Part shown: in pieces, positions 27,217 through 35,620 of the stretch
Layout of the letters: every line of letters starts with the position of its first letter
How positions within the stretch are numbered: the stretch's first letter is position 1
DNA from: Dehalococcoidia bacterium
GTDB lineage: Bacteria > Chloroflexota > Dehalococcoidia > Lucifugimonadales > CAJWER01
DNA: 64,000 nt
Direction of reading: 5' to 3'
Assembly (NCBI GenBank): GCA_965261325.1
Contig: CBDHCU010000001.1
Coordinates: 191,200-255,199 of the forward strand
The notes under the pieces: generated by a model
What the model saw: the letters and a program-made list of their open reading frames with translations, nothing else
The model's database searches: none
Told to the model about the DNA's origin: nothing
Position numbers and translations under genes: made by a program

Positions 27217-27412
27217 CACCGCAAGACGACTGGACCAGTGCTTTGAAAACCTCACCAGCAACCCTTTTCGACCCACCCGCGTTCGCGCCTTGCGCGGTCA
27301 CTCCCAAGTATATCGTTATAGGATAGGCGGGCTAAGGGTGTTATTCACAGTCGACCGACGTACGCGCATAGTCACGGTCAACGCTATTCTCACGAGGGGT
27401 GATGCGTATTGA
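27206..27412 (+). CDS. RelE/ParE-family toxin, N-terminally truncated ORF (ancestral ATG at 27158 is followed by TAG)
   Basis: ...RRLDQCFENLTSNPFRPTRVRALRGHSQVYRYRIGGLRVLFTVDRRTRIVTVNAILTRGDAY is typical of RelE/ParE. The same frame upstream reads ATG TAG GAG GTA CGA CTG = M * E V R L ARRAERYYRRV. Confidence 0.7.
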   Translation: MDRDTARRLDQCFENLTSNPFRPTRVRALRGHSQVYRYRIGGLRVLFTVDRRTRIVTVNAILTRGDAY

Positions 27413-27467
27413 CTCCTGTTCGTGAGCAGAATTGGTAGAGCACGTACACCGTCACAAGCACGAGTCG

Positions 27468-28727
27468 ATGATCAGCGTCGAGGAGGCGCGGGAGCGCGTC
27501 CTGGGCTACTTTGGCGTGCTGGAGCCCGAGACCAGGCCGATACTCGAGGCCGACGGGCAGGTGCTGGCGGAGGATGTGGAGGGCCGGTTCGACATCCCGC
27601 CGCTGGACAACTCGGCCATGGACGGGTATGCCCTCAGGACCCAGGACATCCGGGGAGCATCCGAAGCCTCGGCGGTCACCCTCCGGGTCACGGGGTCGGT
27701 GGCTGCGGGCCAGCTTCCCACCGGCAGCGTCGAGCCGGGCTCGGCGATGAGGATCATGACCGGTGCGCCGATCCCGCAAGGCGCGGACGCGGTCGTGCCC
27801 TTCGAGGACACCGACGAGGTGGAACGGAGGGCGTCAGGCCAGTCGCTCTCCGAGATAGCCATACGAGAGGATGTGCCCGCCGCGGCCAACGTCCGTCCCG
27901 CGGGGCAGGACGTCAGGGCAGGGGATCGGGTCCTCGAGAGCGGGACCGTGCTGCGCTCGGCGGAGATCGGCGTGCTGGCCGCGCTGGGCCGCAGCAGCGT
28001 CCGTGTCATCAGGCGTCCCGTGGCGGCGATATTGGCGACCGGCGACGAGCTGGTCGACGTGGGCCAGGACTTGCAGGCGGGGAGGATCTACGACGTCAAC
28101 AGCTACAGCCTGTCCGTTGCCGTGCAGCGCGCCGGCGGCGTGCCCAGGCTGCTGGGCATCGCGCGAGACAACCTGGACGATCTCGATGCCAAGCTACAGA
28201 CCGGGCTGGAAGCCGATATACTGCTGACCTCGGCCGGGGTGTCGAAGGGCGACTACGACATCGTCAAGGACGTCCTGGCGCGTAGAGGTGAGATCGAGTT
28301 CTGGTCGGTCCGTATGAGGCCGGCCAAGCCGCTGGCCTTCGGTGTGCTGGACGGCCCCGGAGGCAGGAGGGTCCCCCATCTGGGCCTTCCGGGCAATCCC
28401 GTCAGCGCACTTGTGGGGTTCGAGCAGATCGGCCGCCCGGCCATCCTGAAGATGATGGGCAAGACACGGTTCGCCCGCCCCACCATCCGCGCCACCCTCG
28501 AGGAGCCGATACACAACTACGACGGGCGGCGCGTGTACGCCAGGGCCATAGTCACCCGTAGGAACGGCGTGTACTACGCGAGGTTGACGGGACACCAGAA
28601 TTCCAACATATTGACATCGATGGCGCGGGCGAACGGGCTGGCAGTATGCCCGGAAGACGTTGCCGTGAAGGAGACAGGGGAGGTTGTCGAGGTCCAGATG
28701 GTCGACTGGCCGGAGGATGTCTTCTAG
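27468..28727 (+). CDS. moeA: Molybdopterin molybdenumtransferase
   Basis: MISVEEARERVL..., LDNSAMDGYALR, ...TGAPIPQGADAVVP..., ...SGGVSKGDYD-like block. The ATG at 27468 is preferred over the upstream start at 27432. Confidence 0.9.
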   Translation: MISVEEARERVLGYFGVLEPETRPILEADGQVLAEDVEGRFDIPPLDNSAMDGYALRTQDIRGASEASAVTLRVTGSVAAGQLPTGSVEPGSAMRIMTGAPIPQGADAVVPFEDTDEVERRASGQSLSEIAIREDVPAAANVRPAGQDVRAGDRVLESGTVLRSAEIGVLAALGRSSVRVIRRPVAAILATGDELVDVGQDLQAGRIYDVNSYSLSVAVQRAGGVPRLLGIARDNLDDLDAKLQTGLEADILLTSAGVSKGDYDIVKDVLARRGEIEFWSVRMRPAKPLAFGVLDGPGGRRVPHLGLPGNPVSALVGFEQIGRPAILKMMGKTRFARPTIRATLEEPIHNYDGRRVYARAIVTRRNGVYYARLTGHQNSNILTSMARANGLAVCPEDVAVKETGEVVEVQMVDWPEDVF

Positions 28728-28781
28728 CCTACCCCGGGAAACAAGGCGCAAACCAAGCAGTAGCAGAGGGACCTGGAAAAT

Positions 28782-29231
28782 ATGGATGAAGTGAAGGATT
28801 CGGAACGCCGGTACCAGTTGGACGTCGACAACATTCACGGGAGCAGCGCGTCGCTGTCTGCGCTCGTTGCGGCCAGGAAGTGCTATATGCACAGGCCGAC
28901 GGACAACGAGCACTCCGCGCTCGATACCAGCCCGGAAGAGCATATCAAGGAGGTGCAGGGATGCTGCGCCGCCGCCGCCGACTACCTGCTGCCCGACACG
29001 CCCATCAAGGACGCGGTGTTCAGGGTGCTGGTGGCCCGGGGGAACGAGCCTCTGACCGCCCGGGACATCAGCGACGACCTGAGCGAGCGATGGGCGGCCA
29101 GCGCATATCCGCGCGATCTTTCGACGCGGGTCATAGAGCAGGTACTCGACAGCGGGGCAAACTACTTCATCCACGAGATGCCGGAGCCCAAGCCCGACGT
29201 GCAGCTCATCCGCCGCCAGCCGGCAGAATGA
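28782..29231 (+). CDS. Hypothetical protein (149 aa)
   Basis: The ORF has protein-like composition, but I recognise no family. Confidence 0.5.
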   Translation: MDEVKDSERRYQLDVDNIHGSSASLSALVAARKCYMHRPTDNEHSALDTSPEEHIKEVQGCCAAAADYLLPDTPIKDAVFRVLVARGNEPLTARDISDDLSERWAASAYPRDLSTRVIEQVLDSGANYFIHEMPEPKPDVQLIRRQPAE

Positions 29232-29270
29232 TCCGCAACTGAACCCAGCGGCGGCTACCCTGTCCCGATT

Positions 29271-29933
29271 CTAGACAGGCAGCGGTATGGTGCAGACCCT
29301 GCGAGTCTCGGCGCAGCAGAACCAGATCTCGCCCTCGTGAAGGGTCATTCCGTGGACCTCCGGGGCGGGCACGTCTATCTCGGCCGTCACGGCCCCGCTG
29401 TGTGGATCGAGGCGGTGAATCTTGCACATCTGCGTGTCGGCGCACCACAGGTAGCCGTTGGTCACGAATATGCCGTGGGGCCGCACGCCGGGCGTGGGGA
29501 TCGAGCGCCGGACCTGCATCGTTGCCGTGTCGATTAGGTAGAGCTTTCTCGCAGGCGGCACCGCGGCCCATATAGTCCCGTCGTCCAGCCACTCCAGGCC
29601 GTGGGCGCCGGTCACGTGCGTCCGCCCCGGGTCTCCGAACCCGACGATGCCCTTGCCGGGCGTGTCGTAGTGGTCGAGGGCGGCGCCGCCCCCGTCCAGC
29701 TTATAGATACGCGCGTTGTAGGTCGAGGCGACCCAGATGTACCCGCCGCCCTCGGTGACGCCGCTGGACCGGTCGGTCTCCGTGGGGAGCCGCGCAAGAA
29801 CAGAGCCGTCGTCGTAGGCCAGTTTGTAGAGGTGGTTGTCGCGCTGGTCTATGAGCCAGAGGCCGTCCTCGGCGGCCTGCAGCCCGTTGGGCTGCGGGCC
29901 GGGCGCAAGCCACCTGTCAGTGATGACTGTCAC
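29271..29933 (-). CDS. Beta-propeller fold protein (glutamine cyclotransferase/Vgb-like repeats)
   Basis: Repeated ...G.LW..D...N.IY.LD... strand-like motifs. Its start abuts the stop of the upstream dehydrogenase gene. Confidence 0.6.
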   Translation of the reverse strand: MTVITDRWLAPGPQPNGLQAAEDGLWLIDQRDNHLYKLAYDDGSVLARLPTETDRSSGVTEGGGYIWVASTYNARIYKLDGGGAALDHYDTPGKGIVGFGDPGRTHVTGAHGLEWLDDGTIWAAVPPARKLYLIDTATMQVRRSIPTPGVRPHGIFVTNGYLWCADTQMCKIHRLDPHSGAVTAEIDVPAPEVHGMTLHEGEIWFCCAETRRVCTIPLPV

Positions 29934-29934
29934 G

Positions 29935-30831
29935 CTACTTGCCGCTCACCGTGACGCCGGCCATGTCCTCGATGAAGTTGGCGATGGCCGAGTGGTCGGC
30001 GTCTGCCTTGCCGTCGTTCATGAGCGCCCCGAGCATCTGCTGGACCAGGCTCGTTACAGGCAGCGGGACTCCCAGGTCCTTGCCGGTGAGCAGCGCGTTG
30101 TGCAGGTCTTTCTGGTGCAGGCGAATCCTGAAGCCGGGCTGGAAGTTCCCCTCGATCATCATGGGGGCCTTCGCATCCATGACCGTGCTGCCGGCAAGAC
30201 CTCCCCTGATGGCCTGGTACACGGTGTTGGGGTCGAGGCCCGCCTTCTTGGCCAGCACCAGGGCCTCCGCGACCGCCTCGATATTGGCTGCCACGACGAT
30301 CTGGTTCGCGAGCTTGGTCGTGTTGCCTGCTCCGTAGTCGCCGCAGAGAACGATGCTGGCGCCCAGGACCTCGAACAGATGGCTGTGCCGGTCGAACACC
30401 TCCTGCTTCCCGCCCACCATGATTGCAAGGGTGCCGTCGATGGCCTTGGGCTCGCCGCCGCTCACCGGCGCGTCGAGGAACTCGACCCCCGCCGCCTCGC
30501 ACGCGGCAGCGATCTTCTGCGACGACGCGGGGGCGATGGAGCTCATATCCAGCACGGCTGACCCGGCGGCGGCGCCCTCGAGGACGCCGTCTTCGCCCAT
30601 GATCGCCGCCTCGGAGTCGGCCGAGTCGGGCACCATCGTGATTACCACGGGCGTCCTTTCGGCCACCTCACGGGCGCTGCCCGCGGCCTGGGCGCCATCC
30701 GTCACGATCTCCTCCACGGCGCTGCCGACCATGTCGTACACGGTCAACGAGTATCCGGCCTTCATCAGGTTCCTGGCCATGGGGCGGCCCATGATCCCCA
30801 GGCCTACGAATCCAACATCCTTGTCTCCCAC
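29935..30831 (-). CDS. NAD-binding 3-hydroxyisobutyrate / 2-hydroxy-3-oxopropionate reductase family dehydrogenase
   Basis: VGFVGLGIMGRPMARNLMKAGY Rossmann motif. GTG at 30831 is preceded by AGGAGAAGG. The longer track ORF (to 31041) reads through MITE4. Confidence 0.85.
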   Translation of the reverse strand: MGDKDVGFVGLGIMGRPMARNLMKAGYSLTVYDMVGSAVEEIVTDGAQAAGSAREVAERTPVVITMVPDSADSEAAIMGEDGVLEGAAAGSAVLDMSSIAPASSQKIAAACEAAGVEFLDAPVSGGEPKAIDGTLAIMVGGKQEVFDRHSHLFEVLGASIVLCGDYGAGNTTKLANQIVVAANIEAVAEALVLAKKAGLDPNTVYQAIRGGLAGSTVMDAKAPMMIEGNFQPGFRIRLHQKDLHNALLTGKDLGVPLPVTSLVQQMLGALMNDGKADADHSAIANFIEDMAGVTVSGK

Positions 30832-30950
30832 TTCCTTCTCCTTTCGGTTCAGTTCGGTATTGTCAACTGTCAGCCTACGGGGCGTGATCCCGGGGCTCGG
30901 CTGCATTATTGAAGAGCGCAGCCGCAGCGTCAAGGGCACGCAGCCCGGGT

Positions 30951-31063
30951 CAGGGCCTTTCCATTGTTGAGATAGGGTCGTACCTTGCCGTTCGGCCTGA
31001 GCTTGTCGAAGGCCCCAATTGTGGTTCGACAGGCTCACCACGAACGGACTTTGGAAAGGCCCT
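30951..31063 (-). mobile_element. MITE4 copy b (inverted orientation)
   Basis: TIR CAGGGCCTTTCCA at both ends. Flanked by AGCCCGGGT / AGCCCGGGG (8 of 9 positions match as a direct repeat). Confidence 0.85.
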
Positions 31064-31071
31064 GAGCCCGG

Positions 31072-31192
31072 GGTAGTATCGATTCAAGGTAGTTTTGGCG
31101 AACGTCCAGCCCCCCGCCCCTCTGGGTTCCCGCTTTCGCGGGAATGACGGCAATCCGAGGGTTCTGTCATATTTAGATTGAAGCAGTAGTAG
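31072..31192 (+). mobile_element. MITE3 copy b (short form, R1 core with a TTTC loop)
   Basis: GTAGTATCGATTCAAGGTAGTTTTGGCGAACGTCCAGCC...GGGTTCCCGCTTTCGCGGGAATGACGGCAATCCGAGGGTTCTGTCATATTTAGATTGAAGCAGTAGTAG. Compare 57883..58026. Confidence 0.8.
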
Positions 31193-31298
31193 TGTCTCAG
31201 TTTCAAACTGAGACACTACCGAACGTGTCCCTCGGCCTTGTCCATATTTGGGGCCGATGCTACAATCGAGATAGTAGACCTGTCCCCTTCTCCTACAC

Positions 31299-31373
31299 TC
31301 CGCAGTAGCTCAGTGGTAGAGCGGTCGGCTGTTAACCGATTAGTCGCAGGTTCGAATCCTGCCTGCGGAGCCA
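31299..31373 (+). tRNA. tRNA-Asn (GTT)
   Basis: Cloverleaf folded by hand: acceptor TCCGCAG/CTGCGGA, anticodon loop CTGTTAA, T-loop TTCGAAT, encoded CCA. Confidence 0.9.
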
Positions 31374-31410
31374 ACTCCGCCCAAAGACGCTCACGAGCTT
31401 CAACGGCGTC

Positions 31411-32541
31411 TCAGACCACCCTGGCCACGCATAGCGACTCATCGACGAACCACAGCCCCTGGTACTTTTCCAGGACTCGCGAAGTCACATCTATGTAGTC
31501 GCCCCGGCTCATCGCTGGCCTGAGCCGTTCGTCTTCTATCTGAGCGACGTATGTTGCGGCATTCCAAGCCGCGAGCAACGTCGAAGTGCTGATGTTGGTT
31601 TCCAGCTCGGAAGGCGGCAACCGCAATTCATAGTGGAACTGTGCCCGGGAATCGGGATAGCTCAGATACCGGAGTTCTGGGTGGCTGTCCCCCAGCTGTG
31701 AGCTCAGTTCTCTAAGAAGCTCCTGACGAGGAGTGGGAAAGGGGTCCTCGCCCGGCCAGACTCCACGAATTATCTCCATCCCCGGGTCCTTGCCGGTGGA
31801 CTGAATGACGACCATGCAGCCCCCGGGAGCCAGAGAGCGCGCCAGGGGAGCAAGCACGTTCCTGACTTTGACCTTCGCTGTCGCCCTGGCCCTAAAGGGT
31901 TGGGCTGCGATTACGATGTCGTATTCGTGGTTTGGGTCTCCTTTCCGAGGGATGACCGGTTCCAACGGCCATTCGTGGTCTTTGCGATATATCACCAGGA
32001 CCGAGGGACTTACGTAGAGAGGATTGCCAGTGCGCTCGCTCGGCGTTGTCTTCCACCAGTCCTGAACAAGCCGGTCCAGGTCCCTGATCTGTTCGTCGAA
32101 TTCGAAAGCCGTGCTGCCTTCGAGGGGCGCCTCCATCCAGTTGAGACGTGCCTGCATCGCATTCGACCTGGGACGGAGCCGGGGGGCTTCGGAGTAGAGC
32201 ATATTGGTCAGCACCAGGACGGTGAGCGGATGTTCATAGAACCTGTCGGCCATCTTCTCCAAGCTGATACGGACGTCCTCCTGGCTAATCTCCTTACCAA
32301 CGATTCGAAAGGGGACCGTGGGGTATTGGCGATGGAGGTCTCTCATCAGGCGAGTGAGAACGGTCGCATCACCCATACCGGCGTCAAAGATGCGTAAGGC
32401 TGGCGGCACCGGTTGGAGACCTCGGATGTCCATGGCGACGCGCTCGGCGACTACCTGTTTCTCACTGCAGGTGCTCACAAAGAGGAGGTATTTCTCACGG
32501 TTATCGTAGAACCGGAAATGGCGTTCGTAGGTGTCAGACAT
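31411..32541 (-). CDS. Hypothetical protein with SAM-dependent methyltransferase-like motif
   Basis: The 376-aa protein has RIFDAGMGDATV, which resembles methyltransferase motif I. I recognise no closer family. Confidence 0.55.
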   Translation of the reverse strand: MSDTYERHFRFYDNREKYLLFVSTCSEKQVVAERVAMDIRGLQPVPPALRIFDAGMGDATVLTRLMRDLHRQYPTVPFRIVGKEISQEDVRISLEKMADRFYEHPLTVLVLTNMLYSEAPRLRPRSNAMQARLNWMEAPLEGSTAFEFDEQIRDLDRLVQDWWKTTPSERTGNPLYVSPSVLVIYRKDHEWPLEPVIPRKGDPNHEYDIVIAAQPFRARATAKVKVRNVLAPLARSLAPGGCMVVIQSTGKDPGMEIIRGVWPGEDPFPTPRQELLRELSSQLGDSHPELRYLSYPDSRAQFHYELRLPPSELETNISTSTLLAAWNAATYVAQIEDERLRPAMSRGDYIDVTSRVLEKYQGLWFVDESLCVARVV

Positions 32542-33109
32542 TCTGAACCCTTCCGTGCCGCAGCATTACGAGCTACTCTCGCAGACTCGCGTTGATAGGA
32601 TGCACCAATCAGCCGGTCGGTGTCGATATACCTGCACTCTCTAACGAGACCAACCGGACTTGCCGAGCTGGGCGGCTGGGTCAACGGTTAGGCTGGCAGT
32701 ACCTGCCGCTCGGCGGTACTGGGAACTCCTCCACTGGCCCCATGGTCCGCAGGGCACGTCGTGCCCCATGCAATCTACCCTTGCTAACGAACCCGCTGAG
32801 CAAATGCCGATGTGTGCCCAACGGGCCTGGCGCCATTGTGAGAATGGCCGATGACCCTTTGCGTGTATACTCTCTCCAGTCTGCGGAGGACGTTTATGGT
32901 TCGACGTGCTAACCACTTACGGGTACCCGCAAAAGTACATGCTCAGTTGATGGGACGCTGTCGGCGGCGGTATCCCCCTCATCCCAGCCTTCTCCCACCA
33001 GGGGAGAAGGGGCAAGAGCCCCGCCGCTGCCCAGGGGCGAGTCATATCAACTCACTGAACCTGAGCAGTTACCCGCAAAACTGTTAGGCCGCGCGACAGG
33101 GAGGCAGGG

Positions 33110-34029
33110 ATGACGCAAGAACGTGTTGCATACGTAAACGGCGAGATCGTGCCGGAGAGCGAGGCCTCTGTCTCGATCAGCGACCGCGGGTTCATCATGG
33201 GCGACGCCGTATTCGACACTACCCGCACGTTCGGTCACGAGGTCTTCAGGCTGGGCGAGCATCTCGACAGGCTGTACGAATCGCTCAAGTGGATGCGCAT
33301 CGATCCGCAGATGACGAAGGCCGAGATGGCCGCCCTGACGATGGACGTGCTGGAACGCAACCTCCCTACGCTGGACGAGCGCGACGACACGTGGGTGACG
33401 CAGCGGGTCACCCGCGGGCTCCGACTGGCGGGCGGGGACATCCAGGCCTCCGCCGACCGTCCGGGGATCATCATCGAGTGCTTCCCGATACCGTTCAGGG
33501 AGCGCGCGCGCACTACTACCGGGACGGCATGCCCATCATCACTCCGTCGGTTCGGCGCACTCCTCCCGACGCCATGAGTCCCCGGGCGAAGACACACAAC
33601 TACATCAACCTCATCCAGGCGGACATGGAGGCGCGGGCCCAGGACCCGAACGCCTACGCCCTGCTGCTCGACGTGAACGGCAACCTGTGCGAGGGCAACG
33701 GCAGCAACATCTTCGTGGTCAAGGAGGGGGCGGTCCGCACGCCACGGAGCCAGTTCGTGCTCGGCGGCATCAGCCGGCAGACGACGATGGACCTGGCCCA
33801 CGAGCTTGGGATCGAGACGACGGAGGCGGACATCGACGTGTTCGACGCCTACACGGCGGACGAGATATTCGTGACATCGACGAGCCTGTGCATCTGTCCC
33901 GTATCGACCTTCAACGGCGCGCCGGTCGGCGACGGCGAGATGCCCGGCCCTGTGACCGACCGGCTGCAGAGAGCCTACAGCGGCCTCGTCGGCATCGATA
34001 TCGTAGCGCAATACACGCGCTGGCTGTAA
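33110..34029 (+). pseudogene. Class IV aminotransferase (branched-chain/D-amino-acid aminotransferase family), frameshifted
   Basis: ORFs 33110..33577 and 33289..34029 join as ...ECFPIPFRERAR|HYYRDGMPIITPSVRR... The frame is lost at the GCGCGCGCGC tract near 33503-33512. Downstream blocks (...K.HNY.N...A...A....YALLLD..G.L.EG.GSNIF.V..G...TP) fit fold-type IV. Confidence 0.75.
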
Positions 34030-34050
34030 GGCGGGTTTCAAACCCGCCTT
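34028..34050. repeat. Unoccupied GGCGGG-TTTCAAA-CCCGCC palindrome (same type as the IS target)
   Basis: AAGGCGGGTTTCAAACCCGCCTT overlaps the TAA stop at 34027-34029. Confidence 0.8.
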
Positions 34051-34264
34051 CCCCTGTCGTCCGTTCAACCGCTGTGAGGTTTAATCTCAAAACTATCTGA
34101 ATCGCGGAGAACTGCCCTTCGACCCTTCGACAAGCTCAGGGGAGCCAGGCTCAGGGCGAACGATCTCTTGTATAGCTTCGTCGGTGCTGAACTTGTCGAA
34201 GCATCTTTTTGAGGATAGCCTCTAGTGATTGACTTGGCGCCAGCCCGGTCTGGCAGCTTGGTTT

Positions 34265-35254
34265 TCAGTTCATCGCCGCTTCGTTCGCCGCCTGAATCAT
34301 GGCGTGGATGTACCCGTAGCAGTAAGCGAACCCGACCTGCTGCGCCTCGTCCCCGTCGATGTCCGGGACATGGTCGGGCATGAGCATGTACGGGTACCCC
34401 ACCTCCCTGTAGGTGCGGACGGCCCTCAGCATGTCCACGTCGCCCTCGTCGGGAAAGACCTCCACGAAGTCCAGCACGCCGCCCTTGATGTTGCGGAAGT
34501 GCACGTTGAAGATCTTGTTCCGGCTGCCGAAGTAGCGGATTACGTCGTATATCTCCTCGCTCGGCCTTTCCAGCATCTCGGATACGGTGTCCTGGCAGAA
34601 GTTCAGGCCGTGATAGGGGTTTTCGTACATGGCGACGAACTTCTCGAGCCCGCGTACCGTGCCCATGACTCGCGCCACGCCCCGGTACTCGTAGTCCTTG
34701 ATGCCGGGGTCCTGCGGGTGGCATGCCAGCCGCACCTTGTACTCGCTCGCCACGGGGACGACGCGCGCCAGGAAGTAGTCGATCCGCTCCCACATCGTGT
34801 CCGCGCCGGCCGCGCCGCCCTCGAACTCCGGCAGGGACTGGTCGAGGTCGGCGTATTTGAAAGACGACAGGGTTGCGCCGCCTCTGCCTGATCGAGGCCC
34901 CGTTCGCAGGTGTCCCAGGATGGTGACGTTGTATAGCAGCGCCCTCAGGCCCGCCTCCGACGCTATGCGGATGATCTCGCAGAAGCCGTCCAGCTCCCGC
35001 TCTCTCTCGTCGCTGGGGCCCAGGAACAGGTGGGGCATGCCGCTGTTGAACGCGTCCCTGGAGCTGACGGGAGAGTGGATGGACTCCACGGTGATCCCAT
35101 ACTTCGCGTACTTCTCCCGAATCGACGCCAGGAGATCGACGGTCCACTCGCTCCAGTGCTCCGTGGGCGTCACGTCGACGTGCTCCACACCCAGCTGCGC
35201 AAGCTGTCGTATATCCGTTTCATGGCGCGCCTTGAATTGCGTTCCCACATACAT
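34265..35254 (-). CDS. uxuA: Mannonate dehydratase
   Basis: I start it at ATG 35254, after AAAGGGAGGG. Blocks such as ...NVHFRNIKGGVLDFVEVFPDEGDVDM... and ...GYPYMLMPDHVP... are typical of UxuA. The track ORF extension to 35437 is R1 repeat sequence. Confidence 0.8.
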   Translation of the reverse strand: MYVGTQFKARHETDIRQLAQLGVEHVDVTPTEHWSEWTVDLLASIREKYAKYGITVESIHSPVSSRDAFNSGMPHLFLGPSDERERELDGFCEIIRIASEAGLRALLYNVTILGHLRTGPRSGRGGATLSSFKYADLDQSLPEFEGGAAGADTMWERIDYFLARVVPVASEYKVRLACHPQDPGIKDYEYRGVARVMGTVRGLEKFVAMYENPYHGLNFCQDTVSEMLERPSEEIYDVIRYFGSRNKIFNVHFRNIKGGVLDFVEVFPDEGDVDMLRAVRTYREVGYPYMLMPDHVPDIDGDEAQQVGFAYCYGYIHAMIQAANEAAMN

Positions 35255-35388
35255 GAGGAACCCTCCCTTTGCGGTCGCTCGACTCCACACTGGAACTGCC
35301 CCAGCGGAGATGGTGCGGAGCATAGATTCGGCGCGCGAGAGTGTCAACTCGCATCCGGTTTCGGGTCCCCGAGTTAGGCCCGATGATT

Positions 35389-35476
35389 CCTGCCCCGTAT
35401 CGAGTACGGGGCAGGCTTTTCGCGGGAATGACGGCAATCCGAGGGTTCTGTCATATTTAGATTGAAGCAGTACTAG
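35389..35476 (+). repeat. MITE3 copy c (right part only)
   Basis: CCCCGTATCGAGTACGGGGCAGGCTTTTCGCGGGAATGACGGCAATCCGAGGGTTCTGTCATATTTAGATTGAAGCAGTACTAG. The left TIR is absent. Confidence 0.7.
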
Positions 35477-35620
35477 ATGACCTACACGCGGAGAACCCCC
35501 GCGGTTTCGCGGCGAGGGAGGGGAGGCGTTGGGGTCCCGTTCAGGGACTCCTGGGCTGCGTGTGGGAGGGAGGGCTTATCGTTGTCCGGCAGAGCCCGCC
35601 CTCCCACGCATTCATATCTG

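Noticed and set aside
31374-32541. Integrated element at tRNA-Asn carrying the methyltransferase-like gene
   Set aside because: I saw no repeat of the tRNA 3' end, no integrase, and no compositional break by eye.
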